The notes under the pieces were generated by a model. It worked only from the letters and a program-made list of their open reading frames with translations. It was not told the origin of the DNA and did no database searches. Source: Savitreella phatthalungensis (lineage: Eukaryota). From it: 64,000 nt of DNA. Shown piece by piece: positions 9,875 to 18,328 of this stretch; the first letter of the stretch is position 1; each line of letters starts with the position of its first letter. The stretch covers positions 558,001 through 622,000 of the forward strand of contig AP039689.1 of the NCBI GenBank assembly GCA_051599415.1, given 5' to 3'. Position numbers and translations under genes: made by a program.

Positions 9875-12800
9875 CTAAACGGCTACATCGAAGACATCAT
9901 TGCGCCAGGATTCCGTTCGGCCGTGCGCCACAATCAGATCATCGTCGTCCTCAATTTGTCGTTGAATCGAGGCTCGGGTGTAAACGCCACGTAATGGACC
10001 CTTGCGTCCAATTGCGATTTCAAATTGTCCCTCCTTGCCGCGATTGTAGCCGGCATTCGCTGTGAAGACCGCCTTGAAGAACGATGATACGGAAGCTTGC
10101 CCGTTGTTGGCTATCATTGCGGTTTTGACACGATGCTTCAGCATACGCAATTGGTACTCGTAGTATTCGAGCTGCTCGCGCATGCCCTGCGCCATGGCAA
10201 TCTCGATCTGACGACGCACAAAACCACGCACGAAAGGTTTGAACAGGCCCACGAGCCAGCCATGAGAGGCTCCAGATGTGGTAAAGTCGAATCTGTGAAT
10301 CTTCACTCGCACGTCCTTGACGACGAAAAGGGCGTCACGCGTTACGTCTGCCTCCTCGTCTTCAGTCGACATCGCCAGATCCACATCAATATCAATGCCT
10401 GGACCATCCATCAGGATATCGACTAGACCATCGTCGACAAAACGCCAGAAGCCAGTCTTCTTCTTGATATAAAATCCAGCGTCCCTGACAGCTAGCGTCA
10501 GGCCTTCAATCTTGGCTGTCACCGCTTGTGAATAATCGCGCTCGAGCTTGTACGCATTGAGCCATTCGACCACATTCTGGTTCTCGATGCGAAGCTTGTA
10601 AGGCAAGAAGGTTTGGTCATGCGAAGCACTGCTTTCGAAAACCAGGTTCTCGATGACGAGGTCGATCTCGGCCGACTGGAATTCGATACGCGAGATCGGG
10701 ATGTACTGTACCAGACGAATTGCTGAGGGCATCAGAATGTGGAAGAAGTCACGCAGGATGCGTCTCTTCAATACAATGTGACCTTTGTGATCGTACAACA
10801 AAGATTTGCTGAGGTGCCGTGCAGTTTTCACGACGCCAAGCACAGCGCGGTCGCTGGCAAATGCATTGCCGAGCGCAAATACTTCGCGAATGAAGGCCTC
10901 AAGATGGCCCTTGATCCCGGTCTCAAGAGCTGTGGAATCGATGCGTTCGAGCAACTGTCGAGCGTGGTCCTCCATGTCACTTGACGCAGCGTATTTCCAG
11001 TCCTGTACAATACGCTTGATGAGAGTCATACCATCTGTTGCGAGCGCGGTCAAGTCTTGATTGCGACCAAAATCCTGGCGAAGTTGTCCATAAGCTTTCT
11101 GCAAACGCCCAAACCCACGACCATTAGAGAATCGCTCAATCAGCTCAATTGTCAGCGTGACGGCGCGATCAAGTTCTGCGTTCTGATTGCGCCCTTGGTT
11201 GAGATCGGGTGATGCTTCCGCGGCGAAGGTCATTACATAGTTCACATACTTGCGTGAAATACTGACCACGCCATCAAGCACATTAGAGTAATCGGTATGA
11301 TCGCGCATCGAGGCTGCAAGAAGACGAAAGTGCCGCCGCAGGGCTTCTCGACGTTTCGGAGGGAATTTCTGCGAAAGGTAATCACGAATCTCACTCGTCG
11401 ACGCCTTCAACGCCTCAACCGCTTTTTCTGTAATCTCCTCCGTAGCATCCAGGGTCTCGTGGATCTGACCGGGAGCATCACGCGGTGCATTTGCAAGAAG
11501 ACGCTTTCCTTGAGCGCCGATCTCAACTGCGACATCTTCGGCCTGAGTCGCGCGCTCCGAAATGCCGTTTCTTATGCTATCGTAGGCTTGCACGCCTTGC
11601 TCATATGCTTGGTTTGCATAGTCTCGCAGATCTTCCTGCGTAACTCCCGAGATATCCGTGGCCTTCTGTCGAGCGGTCTTAAGAAGATCACGCACAATAC
11701 GATCAATGTCGGCTTGCTTGATATTGCCAATCCGTCGCTCTACATCTCGAGCGATGCCCTCAGTTTTCTCCTTGATGCTTGAAGACTCCTGTGCCACACG
11801 GTTAGCAGCGCTCGACCCGACCGATCTGATCTCTTCCATCTGTTTCCCAGCTTGGTGATCAGCGTCGACAAATTTGCGGGATGCGGCTTCTGCGACTTCG
11901 GAGCCTGTCTCACTGACCTGCTTGGCGACATTCCCGGCCTGCTTCTTCGCCTTTTCGGCCTGGCTCTTAACACCAGAGAGTGCCTCCGAACTCTGCTGCT
12001 TTGCTGCTTCCAGAGTACTGCCTGCGTCCTGATCCGCTCGCTGCAGAACTTTCGATGCCTGGGTGCCCGCTTCCGAACCTATTTCGACAGCATCTTTAGC
12101 AGCTTCCATACTTTTCTCGACGACCTCAGGTGCTTGGTTCTGTGCGGTTCCCGCAGAGCTCGCCGCGCCATCCAGCTGCTGCTTGTTCTTGTCGTCAGCC
12201 TTGGCACTGTCCTGTGTCTCCATACTCTGCCTGGACTTGCCATGAGATGTGGTAGTGCTTCCACCGGAAGTACGAATTAACTTCCGGGCAGCTTGCTCCA
12301 ACGTCGGCTCGTCAACATCACTACTTGATGGTAGTGCCTGACGAATCCATTCCACTAGACTCCGTATGGTGTCCTGATCGTCGGGTTCAGCAGTTGTTTC
12401 ACCGCTGGCGTCATGGCGGATACCGATCTGACGAAGATGTTGATCTTTTCCAAGGATATCGTCGGAGAAGTCTGGATCTTCTGATCTCTCGTTTCCAGAG
12501 CCTCTGAGTCGATCTTGAGGTATCGAGCCTTTCTTGGGGGACACACCTGAAGCTGTTGCGCCGTCGTCTCTCTTCGCCGAGGAATGGCCATCTGTAGAAC
12601 TCTTCAGATCAGTGCCTTCGTGGTCGCGCTTCTGTGTGTTGCTATGCGCTTCACCGATCGCCTCAGTGTTTTTCTGCTGATCTCCTGAGAAAGCATCGGA
12701 AGCTTTCCCAGAAGACTGACCTTTGGTTTGGGCTGACGCAGCGACCCCGCCGGCATGAGAGTCGTTGTCATTCGACGATTCTGCCTTGTTCTTCATCATC

Positions 12801-13957
12801 TTATTCGAGGCAGCTGCTTTGGTTGCGCCAACGACCTGATTGGCTTTCCGAGCTACCGTTGAGGAGGCCTGCTTGACGTCGTCGGAGATATCTTCGCCAG
12901 TCTGGTCCGCTGATGATGTCTGAGTCCCCTGGCTCGCATCATCCAACAGGCTAGCCGTCGCTGTCTCAACCTTGTGCGACACGCCAGCGATCGTGTCTTT
13001 GCCGCGTGCAATCAGATCATCGACAGAAACACCTTGATTGAGAGCCCTCTCAATGTCTGCACGAGATATGCCGGTCAACTCTTCCAGCTTGCCAATGCTT
13101 GAAGTCGCTAGATCAGCAGCTTTCTTTGAGATTTCACTCAATGCTTCGCTGCCGTGCTCCTGCGATCGAGATACGACTTCTTTCGCCTGGGCTCCAAGAT
13201 GTTGCACCTGTTGCTGCGCGTGTTCTCCGAATACTTGACCTCGACGTTGAAGCTCACGAAGGTTCGCAATGGCTGACTCTGTGGCTGCATCATACACTTG
13301 CTGGGCCTTATTTTTTATGGATGCAGCTGTTTCCCTTACTTCGCGTCGCGTGTCCTCGATGTCGTCTTTGATAGCACGTCCGTCGACGTCCCGTGGTTGC
13401 TCCTCCAGTTGTATGAGATCATGCTCCGCTGGCGCGACAGCCTGAGCAGTTTTTTCGATGAGATCTGAGAGAATGTCCCTTGCGAGAATTGAACCATCAT
13501 GAAGCAATGCCCGAAATTGCGGATTTGAATACAGCATATCTGCTATCGCTTTGGTTTTGGCATGAGCGAGCTGAGCGTCGGCTCGCGCCTGAGCTAGGTC
13601 AAGGCGTGAGAGAAATGCGTCAGAATCGAGGTCAAATTCAGATTCCACGGAGGCGCCGCGGATGCTCCAGACAATCTCTTGGATCAGATCACCATCGTTC
13701 TTGTCCCGCACGAACAAGCGGAGCGCTCGAATGAAGTTGCGAGCGTCCTCTACAGCTTTCCTTGATTGCGCACTCAGGCCCCGCTGACGAGGATTGAGCA
13801 CAGAAGTTTGAATCACTGCTGCAAGATGTGCCTCCACTTGAGAAGTGCTCGGTAGGTAACCTTGACCAAGAGCTTTCACTTGTAAATAAGTTCTCAATTT
13901 GCGAGCCACGACAGCGGTTGGGCTGTCCGAGTGCTGAAGCAGTCGGTCGGTCTCCAT
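9875..13957 (-). CDS. Fungal HAM1-like/DUF4449-type (BPI/TULIP-like) protein with a very long low-complexity insert
   Basis: 1360-aa ORF. The N-terminus (KLRTYLQVKALGQGYLPS) and C-terminus (YIPISRIEFQSAEIDLVIENL, GFYIKKKTG..DDGLVDI, FVVKDVRVKI) recall this family; the middle is A/S/Q/K/E/D-rich. Confidence 0.7.
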   Translation of the reverse strand: METDRLLQHSDSPTAVVARKLRTYLQVKALGQGYLPSTSQVEAHLAAVIQTSVLNPRQRGLSAQSRKAVEDARNFIRALRLFVRDKNDGDLIQEIVWSIRGASVESEFDLDSDAFLSRLDLAQARADAQLAHAKTKAIADMLYSNPQFRALLHDGSILARDILSDLIEKTAQAVAPAEHDLIQLEEQPRDVDGRAIKDDIEDTRREVRETAASIKNKAQQVYDAATESAIANLRELQRRGQVFGEHAQQQVQHLGAQAKEVVSRSQEHGSEALSEISKKAADLATSSIGKLEELTGISRADIERALNQGVSVDDLIARGKDTIAGVSHKVETATASLLDDASQGTQTSSADQTGEDISDDVKQASSTVARKANQVVGATKAAASNKMMKNKAESSNDNDSHAGGVAASAQTKGQSSGKASDAFSGDQQKNTEAIGEAHSNTQKRDHEGTDLKSSTDGHSSAKRDDGATASGVSPKKGSIPQDRLRGSGNERSEDPDFSDDILGKDQHLRQIGIRHDASGETTAEPDDQDTIRSLVEWIRQALPSSSDVDEPTLEQAARKLIRTSGGSTTTSHGKSRQSMETQDSAKADDKNKQQLDGAASSAGTAQNQAPEVVEKSMEAAKDAVEIGSEAGTQASKVLQRADQDAGSTLEAAKQQSSEALSGVKSQAEKAKKQAGNVAKQVSETGSEVAEAASRKFVDADHQAGKQMEEIRSVGSSAANRVAQESSSIKEKTEGIARDVERRIGNIKQADIDRIVRDLLKTARQKATDISGVTQEDLRDYANQAYEQGVQAYDSIRNGISERATQAEDVAVEIGAQGKRLLANAPRDAPGQIHETLDATEEITEKAVEALKASTSEIRDYLSQKFPPKRREALRRHFRLLAASMRDHTDYSNVLDGVVSISRKYVNYVMTFAAEASPDLNQGRNQNAELDRAVTLTIELIERFSNGRGFGRLQKAYGQLRQDFGRNQDLTALATDGMTLIKRIVQDWKYAASSDMEDHARQLLERIDSTALETGIKGHLEAFIREVFALGNAFASDRAVLGVVKTARHLSKSLLYDHKGHIVLKRRILRDFFHILMPSAIRLVQYIPISRIEFQSAEIDLVIENLVFESSASHDQTFLPYKLRIENQNVVEWLNAYKLERDYSQAVTAKIEGLTLAVRDAGFYIKKKTGFWRFVDDGLVDILMDGPGIDIDVDLAMSTEDEEADVTRDALFVVKDVRVKIHRFDFTTSGASHGWLVGLFKPFVRGFVRRQIEIAMAQGMREQLEYYEYQLRMLKHRVKTAMIANNGQASVSSFFKAVFTANAGYNRGKEGQFEIAIGRKGPLRGVYTRASIQRQIEDDDDLIVAHGRTESWRNDVFDVAV

Positions 13958-15537
13958 GCTGCCTGTCAGGGAGACTGAGGTGACAATGCGATTCTTAAGT
14001 GTCCGTCTGTGTTAGTCTGGCTTGCTCTTGAGTCTTGAGTGCGAGAACGCGCGCTCATATGCAGACTTGGTACACATCCAATGACGTCGGTAGCTTTTCA
14101 GTTGCGGCCTCTCATTCGTAGACAGTGATTGTGGATGAGCTAAACTGGGCGAGACTGACTATGTAGTGCAGCGGGGAAGGGTTCACGACCACCAATGTTG
14201 GTTTGTTGTCACTTGTTTACCGGAAGCAGTTACGGGTCAATTCAGGCATAGTCATATCAATATCTGAGGACAGTATGATTCCATGATTACTGGCCTGTGC
14301 GGTCATTTCTTGCGCGACAATTCCCCACAGTTCGAGCACTAGAATTACCTGTATGTATGTTGCCTAGAGAGTCTTTCCTAAACGGGCAACGAGTGCTCAT
14401 TAGATGTGCGATAAAATGTGATCAGTAAGTCTGATTTCATGTGAAAGCAGTCGGATTCAAGATAATTCTCAAGAGATCAGCTCAGCCAACGTTCACCATG
14501 GTGTAACCTGGCTACCATGCTATAAAGTTACCATGCATGGCTCAAACAAACTGTTCAGTCAAATCAAGTCACGAGGAGTAATGTCTATCCGCTCAGGACA
14601 CGGAAACTTGCTGTTAGCGCCATCAGAGTAGCCTTTGCCACCTTGGCTAAAGGCCGAGCAGTTGGCTTATGCCTCGCTGAATGAAGCCAATAACGACATC
14701 AGCTTGAGCTTCTGCAGCTAATCCAATGACTCAAAGACAAGTGTCTCCATGAGCATGCTGGAAGCATTGTTCAAAAGCTCCTATCTGGACATTGCTTATG
14801 GATATGGACCAGTCTATGTGCATGTTCCCTGTAATTCAAGTCCACTGATCACTTTTCATTGCCCGTCCAGCAAAAGCTGTTGTCCGTTCAGAAAGCCCCC
14901 TTAAGAACGGTGTTGCTGCATCGAGTCCCGACTAATTAGTTGCTTTTGGTAGTCCGTTTCTGGACGCACTCGGTTTTTCGAAACGCTGAGATCCATCCGG
15001 GTCGACTGTCCGGGACTGAACACCCATAATACCGATTCTCTCATCACCCTGGCTCTCGCGGCTATTCACATCCGCCGGTATCCGTATGTGTAATAGCTCT
15101 AGCTAATTGTTCACTTGTAGGTGTAGGCTGCGTCTCTGATCGCATGCTTTGATGATCCCTTGATGATTTCCTTAAACTCTCATAGATAAGGGATCCGGCA
15201 CAAATGATGTCAAGCACACGATAAACGCGTCGGTTGTGCTGTGCTATATTTGGCTGTCAGGAGACCGTCTGGTCACTGAGCCAGCCTGCGTCGGCAACGA
15301 CCGTGCAAATTTCCGTGAAAATCAATACACGAACGACCTGCTACAATATTTGAGATAGCTTCTTGAGCATATCACCGGGCATGCGCCGCGATTGGGTCTA
15401 CTAAATGACACCGCTCCGGGACAGTGCCTGTCCAAGCAGAAGTAGCCCTGTCGTGAGCTTGGAGATTGACTTCAGGATAGCTGATTCGATGCTGTTCTCC
15501 AAACAGCCTGGCAACCCGCCTGATCCCCATCCTCGTG

Positions 15538-16353
15538 CTACATCTTCGCACTAGCAATGCCCAGAGCTGATCCAAGGAATGCTGCAACGTCGCTAATCAT
15601 CGATTTCGTACAACGGTGGCCAACGTTCTCGTAAATCTTGACGCGCACGTTCGCCTGAATTCGCAGCTTTGAAACGAATTTTTCCCCCGCCGCGTATGGG
15701 ACCAGCTTGTCGCGAGCACCAGAACATACAAGGATAGACTTTCCGGCTATTTTTCCGACCTGAGGGTCGACTCGGGCAATCGTTTCTCTCAGCGCAACAG
15801 AAATGAGCTCTTGGGCGGCTAATTTTGTGTTGGTTTCGATGCGCCTCTGCATGAGTTCCAGGAAATCTGGACAGCCGATGATGGGACAGCCGACGCGTAC
15901 CCGAGGTTCATTAGACAGCACGAGCCATGTTGCGTGTCCTCCGAGCGAGATTCCCGCGCAAGCCCATTCGACTATTCTTCGTTGACCACGCGGGAACAAA
16001 TAGCTTGGCAGGTAGTCAATGAGCAGGGAGCAATCCTGAGCTGTGCCTACTTGAATTGAGTGCATGTCTTCAGCATGTCGTAGATTTGGCGTCTCGTCAG
16101 TCCACGTATGGTTTGCAAGGGCGTGAGTCTTTCTGTGTCCGTGATTGCGTTGATCAAATGTTACGACCGCGAGTGGTAATTGAGTATGGTCATAGTCACG
16201 GAGCAGTTGCTCGATGAATGAGATGTTGTCCTCCCATTTACCTAGACGTCCATGCAGGAAAAAGACAACGGCCAGGTCTCTTTGACTAATCTCTTTCAAG
16301 CCAAAGACGTGGACCGGCAGACCACTGATGACGTGCGTTTCATAGCTTGACAT
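15538..16353 (-). CDS. Alpha/beta hydrolase (esterase-like) with C-terminal PTS1-like AKM
   Basis: FFLHGRLG, FDQRNHG, nucleophile elbow GISLGG, acid in ARDKLVP and His in NVGH. Confidence 0.88.
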   Translation of the reverse strand: MSSYETHVISGLPVHVFGLKEISQRDLAVVFFLHGRLGKWEDNISFIEQLLRDYDHTQLPLAVVTFDQRNHGHRKTHALANHTWTDETPNLRHAEDMHSIQVGTAQDCSLLIDYLPSYLFPRGQRRIVEWACAGISLGGHATWLVLSNEPRVRVGCPIIGCPDFLELMQRRIETNTKLAAQELISVALRETIARVDPQVGKIAGKSILVCSGARDKLVPYAAGEKFVSKLRIQANVRVKIYENVGHRCTKSMISDVAAFLGSALGIASAKM

Positions 16354-16569
16354 TGAGTGAAGTGCCTAGATATTATGTGATGCTGCACAAGACTCTACAG
16401 AAGATCAATATATACAAAAAGGTCATAGTCGCTTGATCTGAGCGCATGCATAAACTTGACAAAACATACAGTCGTGCGCTTCCGCAGTCGTGATCGCGGG
16501 CATGACTACGCAGGCTGTCCGGATGATGAGTGGAAGCATGGCAACGATAAATTGCTACGTGCTATACGC

Positions 16570-17012
16570 CTACCGACCACCGCCGGAATTGGCCTGATTT
16601 GACTCAGTGAAGCGGTGGCTGCTCATCTTTGAGGTCTCCAGCTTGCCTTCTTGCAAAATCTTCTTGACTATCTCGTCTTCCTTTAGCTTGCCAAATTCAT
16701 TCTCGAGTTGCTGCTTGGATGGACTTTAGCTAACGTCAGCTTTGATGCCTGCTCATTAGAAGAGGAAATCGCCAAGCGTACCGTTCAAATGGTCCTTGGG
16801 CGCCATGAGCAACAAAGACGTAGAATGCATCTACCACCTGAGTAAGGGGTATAGAGGAGTCCTTTTTCCAGTCAGATACCGCTTTCTCGCTGTCGACGAT
16901 CACGACGAATGTCTCATTTTCGCCTCGATAGACTAAATACGTTAGGCAGAATTTCGCAAGTACTCGAAATAGTCGTCTTACCGGCCTTGCTTACGAGGCC
17001 TTCCTTGGTCAT
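16570..17012 (-). CDS. RTC3: SBDS N-terminal-domain protein Rtc3-like; 3 exons (17012-16982, 16932-16782, 16723-16570), 111 aa; not in ORF track
   Basis: Spliced product MTKEGLVSKAVYRGENETFVVIVDSEKAVSDWKKDSSIPLTQVVDAFYVFVAHGAQGPFERPSKQQLENEFGKLKEDEIVKKILQEGK... Introns are GTAAGA..CTAAC..TAG (49 nt) and GTACGC..CTGAC..AAG (58 nt). Confidence 0.88.
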
Positions 17013-18328
17013 CTCTCGAGCTGCTTACTGATTGATCGATTGCCAGAAACTCGGGAGTCTTACGGGCCTTTAGTGGGTCCGCTTCAAAACGACGCACTTT
17101 GCAATGACTATTCGGCAAGGACAGCGATTGCGGGGAGGTGACGCAACACGGATTGGTGTGGCTTCCGTATACTCACACCTGCCCAGGCCTGCCTTGCATC
17201 TCGTTGGAACTTTGTGATCAAGCAACCAGGGGGAAGATAATGGCCCTAAAGCTACAGGGTCGGCGGCAGCTATTTTGTACTGCGAATGTGGTCACTGTAG
17301 GTTGGAATGAATGCCCCTAAATTGCTTCAATTAATCCTTCCTGCTTGTCCGCGATCAGAAAGGGGTGATGACTACAAGCACATTGATGAAATATAAAATC
17401 GTATGAGCGCAGCTTGCCTCGATTAAGGAATGGAGGTCGATTGAGTATAATGATGCGCATTTTCTACCTCGACAAATACCCATTTCCTTTGCATTGCTCG
17501 CATCATGAGAGGAATGAGAAACAAAATGTGTTTGGCTAGCTGGATATTTTGGCTCAAGGTGAGAATTGAAAGAAGCGCAAGGTTCTGAGGCCAGTCGCTC
17601 ACCGAAGATAGACTTTGAAATTGAGAATGAGGATGTCTGACCAAGCCAAATCGGCGGCCAATGTATGCGCCGCACACTTGATCTAACTGCGTATCATTAA
17701 GCCTTCATAGCCTGTACGCACAAAGTATATCCTTAGCGCTTCTCGATGAACCGCAGGGACGATATTTATGAGGACAAGGGCTGCAGAGACAAAGGCTGAC
17801 AATCTTTGTGCATTGTCCGTGATACAAGGTCTGATACAATTTGCTGTGCTTTTGCTTTCCACGCGTGCATGAGGTTCATTCAGTTTCACAGGCATTCGAG
17901 CACAGGTTTACAGGTTGTTTGCATTCGGGTGAGCCACAGAATGTAATTGAACCATTTGCACATTCACGTCCGCCTATAGCGTACATCAAATTGCAGAATA
18001 CCTTCGTTGAATAGTCTTTAATACGTACCTGTAAGATTACATCTCGGAAGCACACTTGAGATTCTCTTTAAGTGGATGTAACCTCGATGTTTTGAATCAT
18101 CCTGGCCATGCTTCGGAAATAGCAACTGATCGTCCTGAACAAACAATAAACATGTATGCGTCTGATCGCAGCGCGAATTAGGCTTCTCGATCGTCATTTC
18201 GACCTTTCAGGTTCAGACCAATGCATTAAGCCGGCATCTGGTCCATTAGGGCAGTCCGTACAACGCTGTAGCGGTGGACTATCTTCGTGGTCCATCAGTT
18301 ACGGTCGCATGCGCAATTCAAGAGGTGA

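Noticed and set aside
8800..9878. ORF 9318..9878 and a GTAAGC donor near 9082 as a gene
   Set aside because: The composition is atypical (Cys/Arg/Ser-rich), trial splicing gave only very short peptides, and no motif was recognised.
17365..17640. GTGATGA ... CTGA as a second C/D snoRNA
   Set aside because: The boxes are over 200 nt apart with no terminal stem and no recognisable rRNA guide.
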